DNA of 18,971 nt from an uncultured Thermus sp. (GCA_947085095.1 CAMTVD010000031.1:1-18971); one strand, 5' to 3'; counted from the stretch's first letter, positions 1-8,613 are shown. Program-made: numbers and translations. The notes: a model not told the origin generated them from the letters alone.

Positions 1-111
1 GACCATGGCGGCCCAGAGGCGGGTTTTCTTGTGGGTCTTCGGGTCCAGGGAGAGTTCCAGCAGGAGCCGGTCCTCCTCAGGGGTCAGCTGGATCTGAAGA
101 GGGGCTGCCAT
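1..111 (-). CDS. IS630-like transposase, N-terminal 37 aa (partial, runs off the edge): MAAPLQIQLTPEEDRLLLELSLDPKTHKKTRLWAAMV
   Basis: ATG at 111-109, preceded by TATCAT 6 nt upstream. The LTPEE..L..L...P......R..A pattern is typical of IS630 HTH N-termini. Confidence 0.75.
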   Translation of the reverse strand, partial: MAAPLQIQLTPEEDRLLLELSLDPKTHKKTRLWAAMV

Positions 112-138
112 GTTGACATGATAAGGGGTTGGCACTTA
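1..138 (-). mobile_element. 5' (left) end of an IS630-family-like insertion sequence including the TA target, pointing out of the window and truncated by the window edge
   Basis: 1-140 is the exact reverse complement of 18832-18971. The element ends at a TA (137-138) followed by GC at both sites. It encodes an N-terminal peptide that resembles Thermus IS630 transposases. The family call rests on recall and the TA target. Confidence 0.8.
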
Positions 139-831
139 GCCATCAATACGGTCTTTGCCGCTCTCCTTTACAAGGAGCAGAGACTGGCTGCCTTTGACCC
201 CGTTCTCGCCACCCTGTTGGGCTTTTCCCCCGCGGTCATCCACTACGGCCTCATGGGGGTCACTGCCCTGACGGCGGTAGGGGCTTTTGAGGTAGTCGGG
301 GCTGTTCTCGCCGTCGCCCTTTTCATTGTTCCAGCCGCCACGGCCTACCTCCTTGCCGATGATCTGGCGGAGATGCTCCTCCTCAGCGTGGCCCTAGGGG
401 TAGCGGCAGCCCTTGGGGGTTACTGGCTAGCCTCGTTCCTGGACACCTCCATCGCGGGGTCTATGGCCACCGTCGCCGGGCTCCTCTTCGCCCTAGCCTG
501 GCTCTTGGCCCCGGAGCAGGGGCTTTTGACGCAGAGGAAGCGCCGCAACCGGCAACGCCTGGCGCTAGCTCAGCGGGCCCTCCTGGTCCATCTCCTCCAA
601 CAAGAGGGGCGGACCAGGGAAGAGGCGTTCCCGGAGGCGCATCTCTGGCGGGAGCTGGGGTGGGACCGGACCTTTGCCCTTAGGATCCTGGCCCTGGCGG
701 AAAGGGAACAGCTGGTGGACCGGTGGCAAGGGGGGCTACGGCTCACGGACCAGGGCCGCATCCTGGCCCGGGAGGCCCTCCACGGGGGGGAGGAGCCCCC
801 ACGGTTCCCCAAAGCGGGTGGGGTGCCGTAG
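136..831 (+). pseudogene. ABC-3 family Mn/Zn/Fe transporter permease (TroD/MntD-like) with a C-terminal winged-helix extension; 5' part cut off by the IS
   Basis: YKEQRLAAFDP..A..LG..VGAFEVVGAVLAVALFIVPAATAYLL is the ABC-3 permease signature. The first 35 codons of ORF 31..831 are IS sequence, and the permease starts mid-protein at the TA junction. Confidence 0.8.
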
Positions 832-889
832 GTCCCCCACTCTGGGGGAGCCGGAGGCTCGCGGGCCCCAGGGAAAGGGGGCTGCCCTG

Positions 890-895
890 TAGACT
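890..895 (+). promoter_or_regulatory. Putative -10 element (TAGACT) for leaderless transcription of the MEMO1 gene
   Basis: TANNNT motif 8 nt before the GTG at 904, with no strong Shine-Dalgarno. Confidence 0.45.
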
Positions 896-903
896 AAGGG
901 TCG

Positions 904-2016
904 GTGGAAGGGAGACTTCGGTTGCGCCAGCCCCAGATCACCCCCATTGAGGGGGGCTTTCTCCTTTCCGACCCCTACGGGGTCTACGAGAAGCCCCTGG
1001 CCCTCACCGAGGGAGGGCTTTTCCTTCTCTCCCTGATGGAGGGGAGGACTCTGGAAGAGGTTCAGGAAGAGGTCTTCAAGGCCCACGGGGTGCTGGTGCC
1101 AAGGAAGGAGCTGGAGGAGCTGGTGGGGGCCTTGGAGGAAGCGGGCCTCCTCCTCACGGAGAAGGTGGCCCAGAGGCTCAAGGAGGAGGAGGAAAGGCTC
1201 AGGCGGGAAAGGCCCATGCGCCTGGCGGGCCTCTCCTACCCCCAGGGAGAGAAGGAGGCCCGGGCCTTCCTGGAGGCCTTCCGGGCCGCTTACCCCGGCG
1301 AGGGGAGAAAGGCGGAGGTCCTCCTCCTGCCCCACCTGGAGCCCGCCCGCGTCCCCGAGGCCTACGGGGCGGCCCTGGCCGTTTTGGAAGGAACCCCGGA
1401 GCCCGAAAGGGTCTATTTGCTGGGGGTGGCCCACCGGCCCCTGGAGGAGAGGGCCGCCGCCCTCCCCGTCCCCTTCCACACCCCCTTCGGCCCCATGGAG
1501 CCCGACCTCCCCGCCCTTCAGGCCCTGGACGCCCTCCTCCCCTACGAGCTCTTCAACACCCCCCTGGCCTTCCGCGAGGAGCACAGCCTGGAACTCCCCC
1601 TCCTCTTCCTCAAGGGGCGCTTCCCCAGGGCCAGGCTGGTTCCCCTCCTGGTGGAGAGGCGCACGCCGGAGCTGGGGGAGGCCCTGAGGGTGGCGCTCAA
1701 GGACTACCCCGGCCTGGTGGCCCTGGCCGTGGACCTCTCCCACGTGGGGCCCCGGTTTGGGGACCCGCCCCTAAGCCGCCCCCTGGCGGAGGAGGCCCGG
1801 AGGCGGGATTTGGGCTTTCTGGAGCGGCTCGCCCAAGGGGAGCCCGAGGCCGCCTTGGCCTTTTTGGGGCCAAACCCCACCCGCATAGACGCCACCGAGG
1901 TGGTGGGAAGCTTGAGCCCCCTCCTGAAGGGAAGAAAAGGGGAGGTCCTGGTCCATCGCCTGGACCTCGAGGCCCCCACCCTAAGCGCGGTGGGGGCGGG
2001 AACCCTCGCCTTCTAG
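904..2016 (+). CDS. MEMO1 family protein (AmmeMemoRadiSam system protein B) with an N-terminal extension
   Basis: Motifs R.MRLAGLSYP, LLPH, LLGVAH, FHTPFG, EEHSLELPLLFL and VDLSHVGPRFGD match the MEMO1/LigB-like fold. The stop overlaps the rnr stop in CTAG (2013-2016). Confidence 0.85.
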   Translation: MEGRLRLRQPQITPIEGGFLLSDPYGVYEKPLALTEGGLFLLSLMEGRTLEEVQEEVFKAHGVLVPRKELEELVGALEEAGLLLTEKVAQRLKEEEERLRRERPMRLAGLSYPQGEKEARAFLEAFRAAYPGEGRKAEVLLLPHLEPARVPEAYGAALAVLEGTPEPERVYLLGVAHRPLEERAAALPVPFHTPFGPMEPDLPALQALDALLPYELFNTPLAFREEHSLELPLLFLKGRFPRARLVPLLVERRTPELGEALRVALKDYPGLVALAVDLSHVGPRFGDPPLSRPLAEEARRRDLGFLERLAQGEPEAALAFLGPNPTRIDATEVVGSLSPLLKGRKGEVLVHRLDLEAPTLSAVGAGTLAF

Positions 2017-4238
2017 CGGCGCCGCCTCCGCCTGGCCCGGGTCTGGACCGGGCGGTGCTCCTTGGGCTGCCACTCGCCGAAGTAGACCGTGCTCACCGTG
2101 GCCCGCTCGGGACGGGTGTCCCGGGCCTTGTCCTTGGGGGGTCCCACCACTTTACGCATCTCCACCTCCTTTTTGGTCCTTTTCTCTTCCTTGGCCCTGA
2201 CGGGGGCACTCTCCCCGTAGGGCACCAGGTCTATCTGCCTGAGCCTGGGGTTGGCTCCAGCGATCACCACCTCCATCTCGTCCCCCAGGCGGATTCTCTT
2301 TCCTTTGGGCCCAAGGAGGGCCATGGCCTCCTCGCTGTAGGTGAAAGGCCCCAGGGCCTCGAGGCGCACCAGGCCCTCCACCCCGTTATTTAGCATGACG
2401 AAGGCGCCGAAGCTGGCCACCCCGGTCACCTTCCCCGCGAAGCGCTCCCCCAGGTGGAGCTCCGCCCACTTGGCCATGTAGTACTTGGTGAGCTCCCTTT
2501 CGGCGGCCTCCGCCTTGCGCTCCATCTCCGAGGCGTGCTCGGCGATGGCGGGAAACTCCGAAAACCACTTGGCCTTCCGCTTCTCCGTGAGGGCGCGCCG
2601 CAGGGCGGAGCGCAAAACCCGGTGGACCACCAGGTCGGGGTAGCGGCGGATGGGGCTGGTGAAGTGCAGGTAGTGCTCCATGGCCAGACCGAAATGCCCC
2701 AGGTTCTCCGGGGCGTAGCGGGCAAGCCTGAGGGAGCGGAGGACGAGGCCCGCCACCACGGGCTCCTCGGGGCGGCCCTTAGCCTCCAGGAGGACCTTCT
2801 GCAGGGCCTTGGGGGAGATCTGCTCGGGCAGGGTGTAGCCCAGGCGGGCAAGGGCGGTGCGGAGCTTGCCGTAGGCCTCCTCCAAGGGCTCCTCGTGCAC
2901 CCGGTAGAGCGCGGGAAGCCCCCGCTTCACCAGGTACTCGGCCACCAGCCGGTTGGCCAGGAGCATGAGCTCCTCAATGAGGCTCCGGGCCTTGGGCTCC
3001 GCCTGGGGAATGAGGTGAAGGGCATTCTCCTCCACCTCCACCTTCACTTCAGGGAAGCTGAAGTCCAAGGAGCCCGCCTTCAGGCGCTTCTCCCGCATCC
3101 TCTGGGTCAGGTCCAAAAGAAGCCGCAGGTCCTCGGCCAGGAAGGCGTGCTCTTCGGGAAGGCCAAACCCCTCGGCGAAGGCCTCCACCTCGGTGTAGGT
3201 GAGGCGGGCCACGCTCCTTATGACCCCCTCGGCGAAGCGGACCCGCTTCACCTCCAGATCCTCCCCCAGGTCCACCAGGACCGAGAGGACCAGGCGGTCC
3301 TCGTGGGGCTTCAGGGAGCAGACCCCGTTGGAGAGCCTCTCGGGGAGCATGGGGAGGACCCGGCCCGGCAGGTAGACGCTGGTGCCCCGCAAGAAGGCCT
3401 CTTGGTCCAGAAGGCTCCCCTCCTTCACGTAGAAGGAGACGTCGGCGATGTGGACCCCCACCCGGTAGCCCTTGGGGAGGGGCTCTATGTGGATGGCATC
3501 GTCAAAGTCCTTGGCGTCCACCCCGTCTATGGTGAAGACCCTAAGCGCGCGGAAGTCCTCCCGCCTCCTCAGCTCCTCCTCGGGGATAGCAAGGGGGATG
3601 GCCTCCGCCTCCTTTAAGACCTCCTCGGGGAACTGGGCCCTGAGGCCATATTTGGCGATCACGGCCTCGGTCTCCGTCTCCGGGGCATCCCCTTCCCCCA
3701 GGTACTCCAGGAACTCCCCATAGGGGCGCTTGCCGTAGTGGACCTGGGCCACGAGGCGGCTTCCCCGCTTTAGGCCCTCCAGGCCCTCGGGGAGAAGCCT
3801 GAGCTCGGGAAGCCCGGGCTCGTCGGGGAGGAGGACGGCGTAGCCCCGCCTAAAATCCAGGGTGCCCACCACCCGCTCCCTGGCCCGCTTGAGGATGCGC
3901 TCCACCACCCCCCAGGGCCTCCCGTCCCGCCCCGGGGGCATGACCCGGGCCTCCACCAGGTCGTCGGGCCAGGCCTCCCCCGTGTACCCCGGGGGGATGA
4001 AGAGGTCCTTCTCGGGAAGGCGCACGAAGCCGTACCCGTCCCGGTGCAGGCTGATGGGGCCCTGGACTTTATTGGGGAGAAAGTATTGGCTCCCCTTTTT
4101 CTCCAAAAGCCCCTCCCGCACCAGGGCCCTCAGGTAGGCCTTGGCCTCCCGCTTGGAAAGCCCAAAGCGGTGGAGGATCTCCTCCAGCCGGTGGGGCTTG
4201 CCGGTCTTCTTGAAAAACTCCAGTAAGGTTTCCTGCAT
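2013..4238 (-). CDS. rnr: Ribonuclease R
   Basis: N-terminal HTH, cold-shock domain (HRDGYGFV), RNB catalytic motif FTIDGVDAKDFDDA, HFTSPIRRYPDL, S1 domain and basic tail. Confidence 0.97.
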   Translation of the reverse strand: MQETLLEFFKKTGKPHRLEEILHRFGLSKREAKAYLRALVREGLLEKKGSQYFLPNKVQGPISLHRDGYGFVRLPEKDLFIPPGYTGEAWPDDLVEARVMPPGRDGRPWGVVERILKRARERVVGTLDFRRGYAVLLPDEPGLPELRLLPEGLEGLKRGSRLVAQVHYGKRPYGEFLEYLGEGDAPETETEAVIAKYGLRAQFPEEVLKEAEAIPLAIPEEELRRREDFRALRVFTIDGVDAKDFDDAIHIEPLPKGYRVGVHIADVSFYVKEGSLLDQEAFLRGTSVYLPGRVLPMLPERLSNGVCSLKPHEDRLVLSVLVDLGEDLEVKRVRFAEGVIRSVARLTYTEVEAFAEGFGLPEEHAFLAEDLRLLLDLTQRMREKRLKAGSLDFSFPEVKVEVEENALHLIPQAEPKARSLIEELMLLANRLVAEYLVKRGLPALYRVHEEPLEEAYGKLRTALARLGYTLPEQISPKALQKVLLEAKGRPEEPVVAGLVLRSLRLARYAPENLGHFGLAMEHYLHFTSPIRRYPDLVVHRVLRSALRRALTEKRKAKWFSEFPAIAEHASEMERKAEAAERELTKYYMAKWAELHLGERFAGKVTGVASFGAFVMLNNGVEGLVRLEALGPFTYSEEAMALLGPKGKRIRLGDEMEVVIAGANPRLRQIDLVPYGESAPVRAKEEKRTKKEVEMRKVVGPPKDKARDTRPERATVSTVYFGEWQPKEHRPVQTRARRRRRR

Positions 4239-4239
4239 T

Positions 4240-5484
4240 CTATCCCAACAGGCCCTCGAGGGCCTTCTCCGTGGCCTCCAGGCTCTGGGAAAAGGCCAGC
4301 AGGGCCTCGTCCACGTGCTCCTTGCCGATGATGAGGGGGGGCTCGAGGCGCACCACCTTGGGGTTGTTGAGGCCGAAGGCGGTGATCACCCCCCGCTCGG
4401 CCAGCTCCGCCACCACCAAGGCCCCGATGTCGGCGTCGGCGAACTCCACCCCCAGGATCAGGCCCCGCCCCCGCACGTCCTCTATGAGGTGGGGGTACCG
4501 GGCCTTTAGGGCCTGAAGCCCCTCCATGAGGTAGCCCCCCACCTCCAGGGCCCTCCGGGGAAGGTCCTCCTCCAGGGTAACCTCAATGGCCGCCAGGGCG
4601 GCGGCCGCCGCCAGGGGGTTGCCGCCGAAAGTGGAGGAGTGGAAAAGGGGGTTCTGCTTGAAGATCTCAAAGACCTCCCGCCGCCCCAGGCAGGCCCCGA
4701 TGGGCATGACCCCGCCCCCCAGGGCCTTGGCCAGGGTCATGAGGTCGGGGGCCACCCCCTCCCAGTCCACGCCGAAGAGCTTCCCGGTGCGGCCCAGGCC
4801 GGTCTGCACCTCGTCGGCGATCATGAGGACGCCCCTCTTCCGGGTGATCTCCCGCACGCCCCGGAGGTAGCCCTCGGGGGGCACGCGGATCCCCCCTTCC
4901 CCCTGGATGGGCTCCACGATGACCGCGGCGGTCTCCCCGTCTATGGCCGCCTCGAGGGCCCCCAGGTCCCCGTAGGGCACCACCTTGACCCCGGGGAGGA
5001 GGGGCCTGGCTGGGTCCTGGTACTGGGGACGGGGGGTGAGGGAGAGGGCCCCCATGGTCTTGCCGTGGAACCCCCCCTCGGTGGTGATGATCCCCGGCTT
5101 GCCGGTGTAGGCCCGGGCCAGCTTGATGGCCGCCTCCACCGCCTCGGCCCCGGAGTTGCCGAAGAAGACCATCTCCAGACCCTCGGGGGCGATCTCGGCC
5201 AGCTTCGCCGCCAGCCTGGCCGTGGGCTCGGAGACCAGGACCCGCACGGACATGGGCATGCGGGCAAGCTGCTCCCTCACCGCCTTCACCACCCTGGGGT
5301 GGCGGTGGCCCAGGTTCAGGGTGCCGTAGAGCCCCAAAAAGTCCAGGTAGCGCTTGCCGGTGGTGTCCCAAACGTAGGGCCCCTCGGCGTGGGACTCCAC
5401 CCGGTCCAGCCCGGTGAAGCGGAGAAGGCCAGCGAGCCCAGGGTTGATGTGGCGCTCAAAAAGGGTGAAGGTGTCCAGGTCCAT
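4240..5484 (-). CDS. Class-III PLP-dependent aminotransferase (putrescine/acetylornithine aminotransferase-like)
   Basis: Motifs GNSGAEAVEAAIKLAR, FHGKT, EPIQGEGG, IADEVQTGLGRTG, DLMTLAKALGGG (PLP lysine) and STFGGNPLA. The substrate cannot be determined from sequence alone. Confidence 0.9.
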   Translation of the reverse strand: MDLDTFTLFERHINPGLAGLLRFTGLDRVESHAEGPYVWDTTGKRYLDFLGLYGTLNLGHRHPRVVKAVREQLARMPMSVRVLVSEPTARLAAKLAEIAPEGLEMVFFGNSGAEAVEAAIKLARAYTGKPGIITTEGGFHGKTMGALSLTPRPQYQDPARPLLPGVKVVPYGDLGALEAAIDGETAAVIVEPIQGEGGIRVPPEGYLRGVREITRKRGVLMIADEVQTGLGRTGKLFGVDWEGVAPDLMTLAKALGGGVMPIGACLGRREVFEIFKQNPLFHSSTFGGNPLAAAAALAAIEVTLEEDLPRRALEVGGYLMEGLQALKARYPHLIEDVRGRGLILGVEFADADIGALVVAELAERGVITAFGLNNPKVVRLEPPLIIGKEHVDEALLAFSQSLEATEKALEGLLG

Positions 5485-5490
5485 GCCCCA

Positions 5491-5496
5491 ATGCTA
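5491..5496 (-). promoter_or_regulatory. Putative -10 element (TAGCAT) for the leaderless aminotransferase/rnr transcript
   Basis: TAGCAT lies 6 nt before the ATG at 5484. Its TAG is also the thioesterase stop codon. Confidence 0.5.
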
Positions 5497-5892
5497 CCCT
5501 AAGTCTAGCACACTCAAGGCGCGGTGGATGTCCTCGGGGATGCGGGCCGCCTTCCCCCCCACCTGGCAGAGGTGGCGGGTGAAGCCCTCGGCGAGAAGCG
5601 CCCCTTCCCTCAAGACCTGGTAGCGGAAGAGGAGGCCCCGGGAGGAGACTTCCCCAAGACGGGTCCTCACCTCCACCACCTCCCCGAAGCGGGCAGGCTT
5701 CCTAAAGGTGAGGCAAAGCTCCACCACGGGGAAGTAGATGCCCCTGGCCTCCACCAGCTGGTAAGGAAGGCCCGCCTTTTCCAAGAAGTCCACCCGGGCC
5801 GCCTCCAAATAGACGGCGTAGACCGAGTGGTGGACCACCCCCATCTGGTCCGTCTCGGCGTAGCGCACCTTTAGAAGGGTTCGGGTCTCCAC
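5494..5892 (-). CDS. YbgC/FadM family acyl-CoA thioesterase (hot-dog fold)
   Basis: VRYAETDQMGVVHHSVYAVYLEAAR signature. Confidence 0.92.
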   Translation of the reverse strand: METRTLLKVRYAETDQMGVVHHSVYAVYLEAARVDFLEKAGLPYQLVEARGIYFPVVELCLTFRKPARFGEVVEVRTRLGEVSSRGLLFRYQVLREGALLAEGFTRHLCQVGGKAARIPEDIHRALSVLDLG

Positions 5893-6158
5893 GGCAGAAA
5901 CTCCAGCCGGGGCAGGCGCCTTAGGCGCACCCGCCGCTTGAGGGCGGAAACCAGCCGCCCCTCGGCGTGGGCCAGGGCCCTCAGGGCCCCCTCCTGGTCA
6001 GCGAAGGCCTCCACGTACACGGAGAGGACGGCGCCGTCCGGGGAGAGGCGGGCGGCCTCCACGGTGAGGAGGAAAAGGCGGGGGTCCTCCAGGGTCTGGA
6101 TCTCCTCCGCCAGGACCCGCCTAAGCCGCTCCTCCAGGTGGGCCTTCCCGTAGCTCAC
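5871..6158 (-). CDS. rbfA: 30S ribosome-binding factor A
   Basis: 95 aa with DPRL..LTV....LSPD.....VYV and RLRRLPRLEF. Closely resembles Thermus RbfA. Confidence 0.93.
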   Translation of the reverse strand: MSYGKAHLEERLRRVLAEEIQTLEDPRLFLLTVEAARLSPDGAVLSVYVEAFADQEGALRALAHAEGRLVSALKRRVRLRRLPRLEFLPWRPEPF

Positions 6159-6167
6159 GCCCTTAGC

Positions 6168-7469
6168 TTACCCCCGGGAGAGCGCCTCCACCACCTGGGC
6201 CAGGCCCCTCGCCACCTCCTCCGCCCCCTCTTCCGCCTCCACCATGACCCGGATCAGGGGCTCGGTGCCCGAGGGGCGCACGTTCACCCGGCCCCGGCCC
6301 GCAAGCCGCCTCTCCGCCTCCCTTATGGCCTCCTTCAGCCTGGGGTCCCCCATGACCCGGGCCTTGTCCTGGACCCGGACGCCCAGGAGGACCTGGGGGT
6401 AGAGGGGAAGCCTCTCGTACCATTCCGCCAGGTCCCCCCCCAAAACCCGCAAAGCCTTCAGGGTGAGGAGGGCGGAAAGGAGGCCGTCCCCTGTGGTGTG
6501 GTGGCGGCGGAAGATGAGGTGCCCCGAGGGCTCCCCCCCGAGGTGGAGGCCCGTTTCCTTGAGCATCTCCAGGACGTACCGGTCCCCCACCTGGGCCCGG
6601 TGGAAGGCGAGGCCCCGCGCTTTCAGGGCCACCTCGAGGCCCATGTTGCTCATCGCCGTGCCCACCACCCCCTCCTCCCTGAAGGCCAGGGCGGTGAGGT
6701 AGAGGATGTGGTCCCCGTGGAAGAGCCGCCCCTTGCGGTCTACGAACTGGACCCGGTCCCCATCCCCGTCAAAGGCGATGCCCAGGTCCAGTCCCAGCTC
6801 CACCACGAAGCGGGCCAGGGCCTCGGGGTGGGTGGAGCCGCACCCCTTGTTGATGTTCTTGCCGTCTGGGGTGTTGAAGAAGGCCATGACCTCGGCCCCC
6901 GCCCTCTGGAAGAGCTTGGGGCCGATGCGGTAGGTGGCCCCGTGGGCCAGGTCCAGGCCGATCCTGAGGCCCGTGAGGTCGGGGGCGTGCTCCAGGAGGA
7001 AGTCCAGGTACATCCGCTCCGCCTCGCGGAAGTCCCCCACGGTGCCGATGCCCCGGGTGGGGTGGGCCTCCTCCAGAAGGGCCTCAATGGCCTCCTCGGC
7101 CTCGTCGGGGAGCTTCTCCCCCGTGGGACCGAAGAACTTGATGCCGTTGTCCTGGTAGGGGTTGTGGCTGGCGGAGATCATGGCCCCGGCGGTGGCGGAA
7201 AGCGCCCTGGTGAGGTGGGCCACCCCGGGGGTGGGCAGGACCCCCAGGTGCTCCACCCTCACCCCCTGGCTCATGAGGCCCGCCGCCAGGGCGGCCTCCA
7301 AAAGGTCCGAGGACTCGCGGGTGTCCTTGGCCAGGAGGACCACGGGCCTAGGGCTTTCCTGGCGGAAGTAGGCCCCCGCCGCCTGGCCCAGCCTCAGGAC
7401 GAACTCCGGGGTCAAGGGGGGCTTGCCCGCCTCCCCCCGCACCCCGTCGGTGCCGAAGTAGCGCCTCAT
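6168..7469 (-). CDS. glmM: Phosphoglucosamine mutase
   Basis: Start MRRYFGTDGVRG (ATG at 7469 rather than the ORF-track 7544). Also ISASHNP phosphoserine loop, DGDGDR metal loop, GGEPSGH and RPSGTEP. Confidence 0.96.
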   Translation of the reverse strand: MRRYFGTDGVRGEAGKPPLTPEFVLRLGQAAGAYFRQESPRPVVLLAKDTRESSDLLEAALAAGLMSQGVRVEHLGVLPTPGVAHLTRALSATAGAMISASHNPYQDNGIKFFGPTGEKLPDEAEEAIEALLEEAHPTRGIGTVGDFREAERMYLDFLLEHAPDLTGLRIGLDLAHGATYRIGPKLFQRAGAEVMAFFNTPDGKNINKGCGSTHPEALARFVVELGLDLGIAFDGDGDRVQFVDRKGRLFHGDHILYLTALAFREEGVVGTAMSNMGLEVALKARGLAFHRAQVGDRYVLEMLKETGLHLGGEPSGHLIFRRHHTTGDGLLSALLTLKALRVLGGDLAEWYERLPLYPQVLLGVRVQDKARVMGDPRLKEAIREAERRLAGRGRVNVRPSGTEPLIRVMVEAEEGAEEVARGLAQVVEALSRG

Positions 7470-7476
7470 GGGGGAA

Positions 7477-7482
7477 ACTATA
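7477..7482 (-). promoter_or_regulatory. Putative -10 element (TATAGT) for the leaderless glmM operon
   Basis: TATAGT lies 7 nt before the ATG at 7469, with no SD. Confidence 0.6.
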
Positions 7483-7558
7483 CCGCCAAAGAAGGGAGGC
7501 CTTGCCTGCAGAATGGAAGTGTGAAGCACCTCCCCAAGCCCCACCTATGGAGGTCCCC

Positions 7559-8182
7559 ATGAAAGCGGGGCTCCTCGCCGCCTGGCCCCTCGCCCTGGGC
7601 TACTTTCCGGTGGCCGTGGCCTTCGGCCTTTTGGGCCGGGAAGCGGGCTTAAGCCCCTTGGAGGTCCAGATGGTCTCCCTCCTGGTCTTCGCCGGGGCCA
7701 GCCAGTTCGCCCTGGTGGGCCTCCTGGCCCAGGGGACACCTCCCCTGCTGGCGGCGGGGCTTGGCCTCCTCCTCAACCTGCGCCACGCTTTCTACGGCCC
7801 CGCTCTGAGGCCCCACCTGCGGGGAGGCCCCCTCGAGGCCTTCCTCCTCACCGACGAGGTCTTCGCTCTGGCCCTCAAGACCCTGCCCCACCTGCCCGAG
7901 GAGGAGCGGCGGGCCCACTTCCTGGGCCTGGGCCTTGGGGCCTACCTCTCCTGGAACCTGGGGACCCTTTTAGGAAGCCTGGGGGCCGAGGGGCTAAAGG
8001 GGCTTTCCCAGGCCTTTGGCTTCGCCCTCCCCGCCCTCTTCTTCCTCCTGGCCCTCCCCCACCTCAGGAACCGGGTCGCCCTCCTGGCCGGGGGGGTGGC
8101 CCTGGTCCTCCACCTCCTGGGGCAGACCGCCTTGGGCCTGGTCCTGGCCGGGGCCTTGGGCCTTCTGGGGAGGCGGCCATGA
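7559..8182 (+). CDS. azlC: AzlC family branched-chain amino acid exporter permease
   Basis: GGAGG (7549-7553) lies 5 nt before ATG 7559. Motifs FAGASQFA, LLNLRHAFYG, LTDEVFA and YLSWNLGTLLG. Confidence 0.9.
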   Translation: MKAGLLAAWPLALGYFPVAVAFGLLGREAGLSPLEVQMVSLLVFAGASQFALVGLLAQGTPPLLAAGLGLLLNLRHAFYGPALRPHLRGGPLEAFLLTDEVFALALKTLPHLPEEERRAHFLGLGLGAYLSWNLGTLLGSLGAEGLKGLSQAFGFALPALFFLLALPHLRNRVALLAGGVALVLHLLGQTALGLVLAGALGLLGRRP

Positions 8183-8442
8183 CCCTGGCTGTTCTCTTCC
8201 TGGCCCTAGGCACCTTTCTCATCCGCTTCCTCCCTTGGCGGAAGCCGGGGAGGCTCCACCTGGGCCAGGCGGGGCCCGCCCTGGTGGTGGCCCTCTTTCT
8301 GGTCTCCGCCTTCGGCCCGCCCCCTTCCTGGGCCTGGTTCAAGACCCTGGCCGCTTTGGGGGCCACCTATCTGGCGGCAAGGCTCTTCCGCAACCTAGGC
8401 CTGGCCGTCCTCGTGGGCATGGCCCTTTACGCCCTCTTCTAG
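8179..8442 (+). CDS. azlD: AzlD-domain membrane protein
   Basis: ATGA overlap with azlC. Has GTFLIRFLP and PALVVAL motifs; 87 aa and hydrophobic. Confidence 0.8.
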   Translation: MTLAVLFLALGTFLIRFLPWRKPGRLHLGQAGPALVVALFLVSAFGPPPSWAWFKTLAALGATYLAARLFRNLGLAVLVGMALYALF

Positions 8443-8613
8443 CCCTTAGCGGAAAGCCAGTCCTCCCCCATCCCCACCTCCACCACGAGGGGCACGGCCA
8501 GGGGATAGACCCCCTCCATGACCTCCTTGGCCAGCTGGGCTACGGCCTCCGCCTGGGCCTTGGGGGCCTCGAGGACCAGCTCATCGTGGACCTGAAGGAG
8601 CATCCGGGCCCCC
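8439..8613 (-). pseudogene. polA: Orphan 3' fragment of polA (last 57 codons plus TAG: GARMLLQVHDELV...WLSAKG*)
   Basis: In-frame copy of the polA C-terminus, including motif C (VHDE). Its TAG overlaps the azlD TAG in CTAG (8439-8442). Confidence 0.93.
8444..8613. repeat. Direct repeat copy 1 (170 bp; pairs with 9882-10051, offset 1438)
   Basis: Manual alignment: 7 mismatches (8448, 8498, 8499, 8541, 8589, 8595, 8606) and no indels. Confidence 0.95.

Noticed and set aside
31..135. N-terminal 35 aa of ORF 31..831 as a real protein start
   Set aside because: It is the antisense strand of the IS, fortuitously in frame with the permease remnant.
1..140. Terminal inverted repeats suggesting a linear plasmid or phage genome
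   Set aside because: The repeats encode a transposase N-terminus running off both edges and the interior is chromosomal housekeeping genes. An assembly break at a multicopy IS explains this better.
828..882. GC hairpins after the permease (TCCCCCA-CTC-TGGGGGA at 833-849, GAGCC-GGA-GGCTC, GCCCC...GGGGC); the first loosely resembles a Thermus type I-E CRISPR repeat
   Set aside because: Single copy, no spacers or cas genes, and only loose similarity. There is no U-tract, so it is not called as an intrinsic terminator either.
8439..8603. Orphan polA tail as an expressed 54-aa mini-protein from ATG 8603
   Set aside because: The frame is open, but there is no SD or suitably spaced -10 upstream. 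It is treated as a recombination scar.
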